From NCBI GenBank assembly GCA_963422645.2, contig CAXXVO010000004.1, positions 1-64,000 of the forward strand: a stretch of DNA of 64,000 bases, in the 5' to 3' direction. Shown here piece after piece: positions 9,569 to 19,002 of this stretch. Position 1 is the first letter of the stretch. Every line of letters begins with the position of its first letter. The notes under the pieces are model-generated. The model worked only from the letters and a program-made list of their open reading frames with translations, had not been told where the DNA came from and did not search any database. The translations under genes and the position numbers were made by a program. The DNA comes from Alphaproteobacteria bacterium (GTDB taxonomy: Bacteria > Pseudomonadota > Alphaproteobacteria > UBA828).

Positions 9569-10687
9569 CTAAGTGGACACGCGGTAGTCGCGGATGACGT
9601 CCGGGTCGGGCTCGGCGCCGAGGCCGGGGCCGGTGGGAATGCGGAACAGGCCGTTCTCGTCCGGGGAGACGAACCCCGGATAAAGCGTCGCCTCGAGCCG
9701 CGTGTAGAAGCGCTCCGCCCAGCCCCCGCCTGGGCAGCCGGTTAGAGGCATCGCCCCGAGAAGCTGCAGGGTGGCAAGCCAGCCAGGGCCGAAATAGGGC
9801 GAATGCGGCATCAGGGTGACGCCATAGCCCTCGGCCAGCGCGAGCACCTTGAGAAACTCGGTCACGCCGCCCACCTTGGTCACGCTCGGCTGCACGTAGC
9901 GCACCGCGCCGGCATCCAGCATGCGGCGGAACTCGAACGCGGTGCAGGCGTTCTCGCCGCAGGCGAGGTCGATGCCCGATTCCTGCTGAAGCCGGGCCAG
10001 CGCCGCAAAATCCTCCGGTGGGAAGATGGGCTCCTCCAGCCAGTAAAGGTCATAGGGCTTGAGCCGTTCCGCCATCGCGAGCGCCTCCGCCGGCGTCCAC
10101 GGGCAGTTCGTGTCCGTGCAGAGCGGCATGTCGGCCCCCATCGCCTCGCGCGCCGCCGCGATCTCGGGCTCTCCCGTCTCGTGCAGCTTGATGGCGGGAT
10201 AGCCTTCGTCGACGGCGGAGCGTACGGCCGCAGCGACGAGCTCGCGATCCCGATACTTGAGCAGGCTCGCGTAGCCTGGAACCAGCGGCGGCGTGGCCGG
10301 CCCGCCGAGGAGCTGTCCGAGCGGCAGCCCCGCCCTCTTGCCCGCGAGGTCCCAGAGCGCGATGTCGATGGCAGAAATGCCGAACATGGTGATGCCGTAG
10401 CGGCCGAAGAGGTGCAGCGCCTGCTGGAGATCGCGGTTGAGCGACGCGATGTCGGTGGCGTCGCGCCCGATCAGGATGGGCGCCACTGTCGCGTCGATGA
10501 CTGCCTGGAGCGCCGGCATGCAGTTGTAGCTGAAGCCTTCGCCCCAGCCGGAGGCGCCGTCCTCGGTCTCGACCCGGACCAGGAGAATGGTGAGCCCCTG
10601 CCACGCTTGCCCGCCCCACGCAGGCGGCGGCCCACCGTGGTCGTGCGGAATGGCGAGAGGGATGGTTTCGATGCGGGCGATCTTCAT
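9569..10687 (-). CDS. Mandelate racemase/muconate lactonizing enzyme family protein
   Basis: GWGE, AIDIALWDLAGK, WLEEP, ACGEN and GPGLG motifs. Confidence 0.92.
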   Translation of the reverse strand: MKIARIETIPLAIPHDHGGPPPAWGGQAWQGLTILLVRVETEDGASGWGEGFSYNCMPALQAVIDATVAPILIGRDATDIASLNRDLQQALHLFGRYGITMFGISAIDIALWDLAGKRAGLPLGQLLGGPATPPLVPGYASLLKYRDRELVAAAVRSAVDEGYPAIKLHETGEPEIAAAREAMGADMPLCTDTNCPWTPAEALAMAERLKPYDLYWLEEPIFPPEDFAALARLQQESGIDLACGENACTAFEFRRMLDAGAVRYVQPSVTKVGGVTEFLKVLALAEGYGVTLMPHSPYFGPGWLATLQLLGAMPLTGCPGGGWAERFYTRLEATLYPGFVSPDENGLFRIPTGPGLGAEPDPDVIRDYRVST

Positions 10688-10721
10688 GGGTGTCTCCCCG
10701 ACTTGGACCGCCGATGCTGAG

Positions 10722-11438
10722 TTAGGGGAGATCGCCGATCAAGTCCCGGATGTGGCCGGGCGGCGGCGGGGGCAGCGCGATCCCGAAGCGGCGCTTCAGC
10801 GCGTCGGCGATGAGCTCGAAGCAGGCGCCGTAGCGCACGACCTCGAAGGTCTCGAGATCGAGCAGGGTCGATGAGGCCCGGTACAGGTGATAGAGGCGAA
10901 GCCCGTGGTCGATGACGATGTCGGCGATCGCGATCAGCTCGGGCTCGATATCCTCGACCCGAAACTTCGTGCCGGAGAGCGAAAGATTCGCGGACGAGCC
11001 GAAGAGCGGGTGCTGCGCCTCGCGGCTGAGCCGCGTGAGCGCGGCGTGGAAGGGGCCGGCGTTGAGCAGCATCAGCACCGTGCCGGCGCTGGTGGAGGCC
11101 GCGAGCGCTTCCGCCTCCATCTTGCGCAGGATGGGATGGTCCATGCGCGCCGGCGCGATCGCGCCGACCGGCAGGTCGAGGTCCTCAATCAAGGTGCTGG
11201 CGACATCCCACCCTTTCTGATCGAGCACGTGCAGCTCCCGGTGCAGGGCCATATCGCCGAGCATCGCGTTGAGCTTGGACGGCGTCCGCCGCTTGGTCTC
11301 GAAGATGGTCTTTAGCGCTGCCGCCGACCCGCCGATGGCGGAGTAGCCGACGCTCATGGGCAGAATGGCGATCCCACCCTGCTCCAGAACGGCAAAGGCC
11401 CGCTCGGCGTCGCGCTGAACGTCGAGTCTGCCCTCCAC
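10722..11438 (-). CDS. Sua5/YrdC-like domain protein
   Basis: GGIAILP..VGY, KRR, SSANLS and SSTLLD motifs. Confidence 0.75.
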   Translation of the reverse strand: MEGRLDVQRDAERAFAVLEQGGIAILPMSVGYSAIGGSAAALKTIFETKRRTPSKLNAMLGDMALHRELHVLDQKGWDVASTLIEDLDLPVGAIAPARMDHPILRKMEAEALAASTSAGTVLMLLNAGPFHAALTRLSREAQHPLFGSSANLSLSGTKFRVEDIEPELIAIADIVIDHGLRLYHLYRASSTLLDLETFEVVRYGACFELIADALKRRFGIALPPPPPGHIRDLIGDLP

Positions 11439-11466
11439 GGCGAGAATTTCTTCGTGTGGAGCGCGT

Positions 11467-11868
11467 TCAGCTCCCGTGCGTACCCATCTCGATCAGCTCG
11501 ACCTTGTAGCCGTCCGGGTCCTCCACGAAGGCGATCACCGTGGTCCCGCCTTTGACCGGCCCCGCCTCACGCGTGATGTTGCCGCCCGCCTCCCGGATCC
11601 GCTCGCAGGTCTCGGCGACATTGCCCACGCCGAGCGCGATGTGCCCGTACGCGGAGCCGAGGTCGTAGTCCGAGACGCCGTGGTTGTAGGTCAGCTCCAG
11701 CTCGGCCTCGCCGTTCTTGTTGCCGCCCTTGAAGGCGACGAAGGCTAGGGTGTAGCCCTGGTCGGCGCGCTCGGTGGTCCGCAGCAGGTCCATGCCGATG
11801 ATCTCGGTGTAGAAATCGACGGAGCGCTGCATGTCGCCCACGCGGAGCATGGTGTGTAGAAGCTGCAT
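11467..11868 (-). CDS. gloA: Lactoylglutathione lyase (glyoxalase I)
   Basis: [22 protein letters not shown] and [14 protein letters not shown] motifs. Confidence 0.95.
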   Translation of the reverse strand: MQLLHTMLRVGDMQRSVDFYTEIIGMDLLRTTERADQGYTLAFVAFKGGNKNGEAELELTYNHGVSDYDLGSAYGHIALGVGNVAETCERIREAGGNITREAGPVKGGTTVIAFVEDPDGYKVELIEMGTHGS

Positions 11869-11969
11869 GGTCATTCTCCCTGGATGGCGGCGCGGCAGAG
11901 TATGCGATCCGGCATGCGGACCGCCAGCCCCCTTCTCTCTTTCCCTCCATGCCCGCCGCCGCATCCCCT

Positions 11970-12293
11970 TCAGTTTGCGTGCAGGACGGCATTGAGGAAT
12001 TGCTGCGTGCGTTCCCGCTCCGGGTTCTCGAACAGCTTGGTCGGCGTGCCCTGCTCTTCGATAGCCCCGTTGAAGAAGAAGCAGACGCGGTCCGAGAGCT
12101 CCTTGGCGAACCCCATCTGATGCGTGACCATCAACATGGTGAGGTTGTGCGTATCCACCAGGTGCTTGATCACGTTGGTCACTTCGCCGATGACTTCGGG
12201 ATCCAGCGCCGACGTCACCTCGTCGAAGAGCATGACCTTGGGCCGCATCGCGAGCGCCCGGGCAATCGCAACCCGCTGCTGCTGCCCGCCGGG
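11970..12293 (-). pseudogene. 5'-truncated polar amino acid/ectoine (EhuA-like) ABC ATPase
   Basis: Only [32 protein letters not shown] onward is present; Walker A is absent. Confidence 0.85.
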
Positions 12294-12476
12294 ACATCAA
12301 CCGCGGACGCGAAAGGGGAGATCATCAATGCCTATCACGTAGATCAAGCCGGGGCTTGAGGAGAGAGCTCATAACAACTCTTGTGGTTGTCACCATCGGA
12401 GACAGCCCTCGCGTGTCCCTGACAGGCCGCTTCGTCAGGCCGGGGCGTGGTGGCGGTTGGAAGCGCGCCCCGCAGT

Positions 12477-13592
12477 TCACCGCAGATGGCTCAGTACGAG
12501 CTCCTGGAAGCTCCGCACCGAGTCCTCCCACACCGGGGAAAGCACACCGCCATCTTCGGCGACGGTGGACTCGCGCCCCTGCTGGAGACGCTCGCAGATG
12601 ACCTGGTCCTCCACGTGCACGTCGCGCCAGAGCATCGCGAGATGGTGCGCCTCTTCGGCCGATGGCGGCTCGGGCTTCAGGCTGTAGACGGCGCGGCGCT
12701 GGAGGGTGCGGTCCGGTGCCAGCGGCACGTCCAGGTGCACGCCAACCTGATCCGGGAAGTAAATTCCCAACGAGAAGTTGGGGAAGATGGTGAGGTAGCG
12801 GGAATCCGCCGAAAGCGTGTCGCCCTTCTTCGCCGTGCTGGAGACATCCACGGCGCAGCCCAGGCAGCCCGGCTCGTTGAGGGTGTAGTGGTCGGTCAGC
12901 GGCTGCTCGGTGGTCGTCGCGTGCACGATGGGCACGTGATAGGGCTCGATGAAGTTCTCCATCAGGAGCTTCCAGTTCGCGGCGATCTCGCCCAGGTCAA
13001 CGGTGACGACGTGCTGCATCCGGCTGGTGTCGAGCCCGTCGAAGCGGCTTTGGAGCGGGGCAACGACGTCCTCGAGCGGCGGTGCGTCGCCGTTCAGGTT
13101 GACGAAGATCCAGTCGTGCCAGGTTGCCACCCGCACGGGCACCAGCCCGTGCTTCGCCCGGTCGAAGCCGGCCGGCACCGCGCGCGGGTCGTGCCCGCCG
13201 AAATGGGGTGCGATGTGCAGCGCGCCGTCGAGCTTGTAGGTCCAGGAGTGATAGGGGCATTGAATGGCGGGCCCCACGTTGCCGGGCTCTTCAACGAGCT
13301 TGAGGCAGCGGTGGCGGCACACGTTGTGAAATGCCCGCACTTCTCCATCGTCGTCGCGCACCAGCAGCACCGGCTTGCCGGCCACGGTGACCGGCACTGC
13401 GTCGCCTGGCTGGGCCAGCTCGTGCGCCAAGCCGGCGAACACCCACGATTCGGTAAAGATCCGCTCGTTCTCGAGCGCGAAGATTGCCTCGCTGGTGTAG
13501 AACGCCGCCGGCAACCCCCGCGCCACCGCCCCCGGAGCCTCGAACGCAGCCAACGCCTCGTCTCCCAGGATCGATTGCAGCGATGCGTTCAT
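12477..13592 (-). CDS. Rieske non-heme iron oxygenase alpha subunit (choline monooxygenase-like)
   Basis: CRH...CPYH Rieske motif; NWK..ENFIEPYHVPIVH and ED iron ligands. Confidence 0.92.
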   Translation of the reverse strand: MNASLQSILGDEALAAFEAPGAVARGLPAAFYTSEAIFALENERIFTESWVFAGLAHELAQPGDAVPVTVAGKPVLLVRDDDGEVRAFHNVCRHRCLKLVEEPGNVGPAIQCPYHSWTYKLDGALHIAPHFGGHDPRAVPAGFDRAKHGLVPVRVATWHDWIFVNLNGDAPPLEDVVAPLQSRFDGLDTSRMQHVVTVDLGEIAANWKLLMENFIEPYHVPIVHATTTEQPLTDHYTLNEPGCLGCAVDVSSTAKKGDTLSADSRYLTIFPNFSLGIYFPDQVGVHLDVPLAPDRTLQRRAVYSLKPEPPSAEEAHHLAMLWRDVHVEDQVICERLQQGRESTVAEDGGVLSPVWEDSVRSFQELVLSHLR

Positions 13593-13616
13593 GGCGACCT
13601 CCTGTAGAGCGCCGGG

Positions 13617-14141
13617 CTAGGGCACGTTGCGCTTGAGCAGGAACTGGTTCTTGAACATGCCGAGCCGGGTCATGACCTCGACGTGCGCGATATCGGGCTG
13701 ACCGTGGATGTGGTCGTTCAGGAAGCTCGCGAGCTCGGTTTCCTCGTCGCACACGACCTCGACCAGCAGGTCGAAGCGGCCGCTAACCCACATGACGTAG
13801 ACGACGGCATGGTGAGGATCGAGGCGCTGCGCGACCGAGGTGGGTGCGACTCCCGGCGCGGCCTTGATGCCGAGCATCGCGTCGGACTCGTAGTCGGCGG
13901 CCACCGGATCGACCACCGCCACAATGCGGAGCATGCCCGCCTCGCGCATGCGAGTGACGCGATTGCGGACCGTGCCGCCCGATACGCCGAGCTTCAGCCC
14001 GATCTCGTCATAGGCTGCGCGCCCGTCGTCCTGGAGCAGGCGGATGATCTGCTGGTTCAGATCGTCGTGAGGAGACGCGAGCGGTGATACATTGCCTTCG
14101 GCATTCGCCGCCTGAAGCGCCTGAGGCGTGGGTCGGGACAT
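13617..14141 (-). CDS. Lrp/AsnC family transcriptional regulator
   Basis: LQDDGR...TVRNRV HTH; SGRFDLL in the effector domain. Confidence 0.92.
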   Translation of the reverse strand: MSRPTPQALQAANAEGNVSPLASPHDDLNQQIIRLLQDDGRAAYDEIGLKLGVSGGTVRNRVTRMREAGMLRIVAVVDPVAADYESDAMLGIKAAPGVAPTSVAQRLDPHHAVVYVMWVSGRFDLLVEVVCDEETELASFLNDHIHGQPDIAHVEVMTRLGMFKNQFLLKRNVP

Positions 14142-14325
14142 GTGCTCTGCTCCTGGCGCCGCCGGGTGGTGAGCGCGGCAGACGTTGCCATATCCTCAAC
14201 GAGGCATGTATCATCTTCGGAATCAGCAACACGGGTCAACCGCATTTCAGGTTTTTAAATTTCGGCGAACCGATGCATCGGATTCGTTATCCCCACCAAA
14301 TGGCACGCAGGGAGGCAAACACCCG

Positions 14326-15744
14326 ATGACTGTGACTCCAGGAACCTTGGCCGAGGCGCTGCCTGACATCGAACGCGTCCGTGAGGAGCAGGCGAAGCTC
14401 GTCGAAGCGGGGGTCCGCTACGTGTTCTCCTGCTGGATCGACATGCACGGCTTGCCGAAAACCAAACCGGTGCCGATCAGCGATTTCGAAAACCTGTGCA
14501 TGGGCAAGGGACCGCAGTTCGCGGTGCACTCGGTCTCTTTCGTGCCTGAGCTGGGCGCGGCCGATCCCGACCAGATCCCGGTGCCGGACCTCGATTCCCT
14601 GGTCATATGCCCCTGGGATCGCACCTGCGCGTGGATGTTCGCGGATCTCTGGTGGGAGGACGCCCCCTACAACATGTGCCCCCGTCAGACGCTCAAGCGC
14701 GTGATCGCCGATACCGCGGCGAAGGGATTCATGGGCTTCGCGGGCATCGAGCCTGAGTTCATCGTGATGCGCTGGCGCGACGGCCAGCCGGTGAAAGCAT
14801 TCGACGACGATCCGCTCCCCGGCGAAGGCGTGCGGCCGAGACGCCAGGCGTTCGGCTACGACATCGAGTACTCGATCGATTCCATGAGCTTCCTCGGCGC
14901 GGTCATCGACATCCTCGAAGACCTGGGCTGGGGGCTGAAGGATGTGGTCTGCGAGGGCGGCTACTCGCAGTTCGAGCTCGATTTCGGCTACACGGATCTC
15001 GTGGGCATGGCCGACCGGCTGGTGTTCCTGCGCGTGCTGCTGAAGGAGATCGCCAAGCAACAGGGGCTCTTCGCCACCTACATGCCCAAGCCCACCACCG
15101 GCGACTGGCGCTCGGGCGCGCACATCAACTACTCGATGCAGCGGGTCGACAATCCAGGGGTCAATGTCTTCGGAAACGACGAGTCAGGGTGGTCGGATGC
15201 GGCGTACCACGCGATCGGCGGGTTGCTGCACCACGGCGGCGCGCTCACCGCGCTCACTGCCACGACCGTCAACTCCTACAACGGGCTGGTGGCCCGGGTC
15301 GGCGGCTTCGAGGGCGGCACCGTGACCTGGGCGCCCACTCACATGACCTACGGCAACAACAATCGCTCCGCCATGCTGCGCATGCCGCAGAACCGCTATT
15401 GCATCGAGAATCGGGCGTCGGACCTGTGCATGAACCCCTACCTCGCGCTCGGCATGACCACTGCGGCGGCCGTCAAGGGCGTGATGGAAAAGATCGATCC
15501 CGGTCCGCCGCTCAACAAGGACCTCTACGACCTTACCCATGAAGAGATCGTGGCCAGTGGCGGGCAGCGTCTGCCGCGGCACCTGCTCGAAGCGACGGAG
15601 ATCCTGCGCGACGACCCGCTGGCCACGGAGGTGCTCGGCTCCCAGATGAAGACCTCGTGGTTGCGTTACAAGGTCGACGAGTGGGAGCGCTACCATCAGA
15701 CGGTGACGGACTGGGAGGTGCAGGAGTACCTGCGGCTTTACTAG
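14326..15744 (+). CDS. Glutamine synthetase family ligase (GmaS/GlnT-like gamma-glutamyl-amide synthetase)
   Basis: GIEPEF, SQFE, MPKP..SGAH, NNRSAMLR, IENR and NPYL motifs. Confidence 0.9.
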   Translation: MTVTPGTLAEALPDIERVREEQAKLVEAGVRYVFSCWIDMHGLPKTKPVPISDFENLCMGKGPQFAVHSVSFVPELGAADPDQIPVPDLDSLVICPWDRTCAWMFADLWWEDAPYNMCPRQTLKRVIADTAAKGFMGFAGIEPEFIVMRWRDGQPVKAFDDDPLPGEGVRPRRQAFGYDIEYSIDSMSFLGAVIDILEDLGWGLKDVVCEGGYSQFELDFGYTDLVGMADRLVFLRVLLKEIAKQQGLFATYMPKPTTGDWRSGAHINYSMQRVDNPGVNVFGNDESGWSDAAYHAIGGLLHHGGALTALTATTVNSYNGLVARVGGFEGGTVTWAPTHMTYGNNNRSAMLRMPQNRYCIENRASDLCMNPYLALGMTTAAAVKGVMEKIDPGPPLNKDLYDLTHEEIVASGGQRLPRHLLEATEILRDDPLATEVLGSQMKTSWLRYKVDEWERYHQTVTDWEVQEYLRLY

Positions 15745-15767
15745 AGCGCGGGCGAGGACGTCGCGAC

Positions 15768-16784
15768 GTGGCGCCCGACTGCCAGCGCTTCGAGCTCGGC
15801 GACATAACGCTGCAATCCGGCGCCACGCTGCCGGACGCGATGCTCGCCTACAAGACCTGGGGCTCGCTGAACGCGCGTGGCGACAACGCGATCGTCATGC
15901 CCACCTTCTATACCGGCACGCACGTTCGCAACGAGGGCTACCTGAGGGCGATCCCGGCGCTCGATCCGGAACGCTACTTCATCGTGTCGATCAACATGTT
16001 CGGCAACGGCCTCTCGTCGTCGCCGAGCAACACCCCGCCGCCCTTCGACGGCCCGCGCTTTCCCGTCGTGACCCTCCACGACAACGTCGCCTGCCAGCAC
16101 CGGTTGCTGACCGAGGCACTCGGCGTCAGGCGCATCGCGCTCGTGATGGGATGGTCCATGGCGGGCTGCCAGTCCTACCAGTGGGGGGCGCAGAATCCCG
16201 ACATGGTGGACGCCATCCTTCCCTTCTGCGCCTCGGCGCGGACTTCCCCGCACAACCAGGTGTTTCTCGAGGGGGTGAAGGCGGCGCTCCTGGCAGATAG
16301 CGCGTTCGCGGATGGCGATTACACCGCGCCGCCCGAGGCGGGCCTCAAGGCGTTCGGTCGGGTCTACGCAGGCTGGGCGTACTCCCAGACCTTCTATCGC
16401 GAGCGCTCGCACCGGGAACTCGGCTTCGAGACCTGGGAGGAACTGCTGGCCGACTGGGAGAACGATCACCTCGCGTGGGACGCCAACGACCTGCTGGCCA
16501 AGCTTCGCACCTGGCAGTTGGGCGACATCAGCGCCAACCAGCGCTACGGAGGCGATTTCGAACGCGCGCTCGGCGCCATCCGGGCGCGGGCGATCCTGGT
16601 TCCCTGCACGACAGATCTCTACTTTCCGCCCGAGGACAACGCCATCGAGGCCCGGCACATGCCGGAGGCCGAACTTCGCCCCTACGATTCGGCCTGGGGC
16701 CATTGCGTGGCGTCGCCGAGCCGTGAAGACAGCGACTTCATGAACTTCCTCAACGGTTGCGTCGCGGAGCTGCTCGCGGGCTGA
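15768..16784 (+). CDS. Alpha/beta hydrolase, homoserine O-acetyltransferase-like
   Basis: LAYKTWG, GWSMAG nucleophile elbow, DLYFPP and WGH motifs. Confidence 0.88.
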   Translation: MAPDCQRFELGDITLQSGATLPDAMLAYKTWGSLNARGDNAIVMPTFYTGTHVRNEGYLRAIPALDPERYFIVSINMFGNGLSSSPSNTPPPFDGPRFPVVTLHDNVACQHRLLTEALGVRRIALVMGWSMAGCQSYQWGAQNPDMVDAILPFCASARTSPHNQVFLEGVKAALLADSAFADGDYTAPPEAGLKAFGRVYAGWAYSQTFYRERSHRELGFETWEELLADWENDHLAWDANDLLAKLRTWQLGDISANQRYGGDFERALGAIRARAILVPCTTDLYFPPEDNAIEARHMPEAELRPYDSAWGHCVASPSREDSDFMNFLNGCVAELLAG

Positions 16785-16941
16785 ACCTGACCGGGGCGGA
16801 GCCCGATCTGCGCCGGCATTTCAGTGCCGCGTTTTCTTGCGGTGCACGGCGTGCTCTTGTAACTGCCGCACCCGCCAACCGGGAGAGCTGCAAATGACCC
16901 CGCCCCCCCATGCCTTTGGGCGATAGCGCTCGCGGGCACGC

Positions 16942-18963
16942 ATGAACGACGCGGTCCGAGTGGGGGTGGAGGTCGGCGGCACGTTCACCGATCTCGTCGC
17001 CTTCGAGAAAGACGGCGTGCGCATTACCAAGGTGCCGAGCACGCCGCCCGCGCCGCACCGAGGCGCCATCGCCGCGCTCGATGAGTCGGGTCTCGAGCTT
17101 TCCGCTACCGGCGATCTCGTGCACGGCTCGACCGTGGCCACCAACGCGGTGCTGGAACGCAAGGGCGCCAAGGTCGCGTTCTTCGCGACCGAGGGATTTC
17201 GGGACCTGCTCACGCTGCAACGGCAGAGCCGGCGCTCCATCTACGACCTCCACTACCGCAAGCCTGAGCCCGTGGTGCCGCGCTGCGATACCTTCGAGAT
17301 TTCCGAGCGTATCGGGCCGCGCGGCGAGATCGTCACCGCCCTCGATGAAGCGGCGACGCGGCAGCGCATCGCCCAAGCGCTGCAGGGCGGTGGCTACGAG
17401 TCCGTCGCGATCTGCTTTCTGAACAGCTACGCCAACCCGGCGCATGAGCGGCGCGTGGCGACGATGGTGGCGGAGCGCTTTCCCGCTGTCGGAATCACCT
17501 GTTCCAGCGATGTGACCCGCGAGTTCCGCGAGTACGAGCGCGCTTCGACCACGACGCTCGCGGCCTACGTGCAACCGGTCATCGATCGCTACCTCGGAGA
17601 GTTCGAGCGCGCACTGGACGAGCGCGGATTTGCCGGCCGCTTCAGCCTGATGCAATCGAACGGCGGACGACTGCCGGCGAGCGGCATGGCCGGCAACGCG
17701 ATCGCCTCGCTCTATTCGGGGCCGGCAGCGGGCGTGATGGGCGCGATACGCCAGGCCGGGCGCTCGGGCTACCGGGATCTCATCACCTTCGACATGGGAG
17801 GCACGAGCACCGACGTGTGCCTGGTGCAGGGCGGCACGCCGGTGCTGACCAGCGATGCCGAGATCGACGGGCTCCCCATCCGCATTCCCGTGCTCGACAT
17901 CGTGACCGTAGGCGCCGGAGGAGGCTCGATCGTCTGGCGCGACGACGGCGGCATGCTGCGCGTCGGCCCCCGCTCGGCCGGTGCCGAGCCCGGCCCCGCC
18001 TGCTACCGGCGCGGCGGCGCGGAGCCCACGATCACCGACGCGCACCTCGTCCGCGGCACCGTGCTCGCCGACACCTTCCTCGGCGGGCGCATGGACGTCG
18101 ATCCCGAACTCGCCCGCGACGCTTTCGCGGCGTTGGCCCGGCAGTTCGGCCGCAGCGTCGAGCAGATCGCCGATGACGCGGTGCGGGTGGCCGAGCACAA
18201 CATCGTCCGCGCGATCCAGCTCGTCTCGACCGAGCGCGGGCGCGATCCGCGCGATTACGTCTTGGTCCCCTTCGGCGGCGCAGGACCGTTGCACGCTGCG
18301 CGGGTCGCCGACGTGCTTGGGATCGCAACCATCGTCATCCCGCCTGCAGCCGGCGTGCTCTCGGCCTTCGGCCTCGTCGCCTCGGACTTCGTCCGCTACG
18401 AGAGCCGCACGGATCGCTTCGCCCTCGACGAGGCGGGGGCTGCGGAGCGCGTGCGCGCGCAGTTCGCAGCCATGCGCGCCGAAGCCGAAGCCGCCTTCGC
18501 GGCGCTCGGGCTCACCAGCGGGCTCCGCTACACTCACACGCTGGAGATGCGCTACGTCGGACAGGCCTTCGAGGTCCCGATCCCGCTCGGCGAGGACGAG
18601 ATCGCGCATCTCGACGCCGCGCTGCTCCGCGAGCGGTTCAACCAGGCGCACCACCGCATCTTCGAGTTCGACGATTCGCGCACCAACCGGCCCGAGATCG
18701 TCTCCTTCCGGCTCGGCATCGCTTCGCCGCCGCCTGCCGTCCCCGCGCTACTTGGCACCGATGACGCCCCGCGCGAAGCCAGTATTACGCTCTTCGACGA
18801 CGGCGAGCGCAGAGAGGCCCGCCGGGTCAACCGCAGCGCCCTCAATGAGGCAGCCCGAGGCGATGGGCCTTTGCTCATCGCGGACGACACGTCCACCGCC
18901 TATGTCCCGCCGGGATGGTGCGCGGGGATGGATGCACACCATAATGTCATCCTGACACGCTGA
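16942..18963 (+). CDS. Hydantoinase A / 5-oxoprolinase family subunit
   Basis: GGTFTD, HGSTVATNA, REYER, SGPAAG, DMGGTSTD and EMRYVGQ motifs. Confidence 0.95.
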   Translation: MNDAVRVGVEVGGTFTDLVAFEKDGVRITKVPSTPPAPHRGAIAALDESGLELSATGDLVHGSTVATNAVLERKGAKVAFFATEGFRDLLTLQRQSRRSIYDLHYRKPEPVVPRCDTFEISERIGPRGEIVTALDEAATRQRIAQALQGGGYESVAICFLNSYANPAHERRVATMVAERFPAVGITCSSDVTREFREYERASTTTLAAYVQPVIDRYLGEFERALDERGFAGRFSLMQSNGGRLPASGMAGNAIASLYSGPAAGVMGAIRQAGRSGYRDLITFDMGGTSTDVCLVQGGTPVLTSDAEIDGLPIRIPVLDIVTVGAGGGSIVWRDDGGMLRVGPRSAGAEPGPACYRRGGAEPTITDAHLVRGTVLADTFLGGRMDVDPELARDAFAALARQFGRSVEQIADDAVRVAEHNIVRAIQLVSTERGRDPRDYVLVPFGGAGPLHAARVADVLGIATIVIPPAAGVLSAFGLVASDFVRYESRTDRFALDEAGAAERVRAQFAAMRAEAEAAFAALGLTSGLRYTHTLEMRYVGQAFEVPIPLGEDEIAHLDAALLRERFNQAHHRIFEFDDSRTNRPEIVSFRLGIASPPPAVPALLGTDDAPREASITLFDDGERREARRVNRSALNEAARGDGPLLIADDTSTAYVPPGWCAGMDAHHNVILTR

Positions 18964-19002
18964 ACTCGGGACAGTGCAAGAGGAGCCGCGAGGGAAAGGC
19001 CC

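Noticed and set aside
16750-18654. Long antisense ORFs (also 26124-27803, 40373-42346, 42618-44387, 58661-60904, 60968-62725)
   Set aside because: Shadow frames of real high-GC genes with no motifs.
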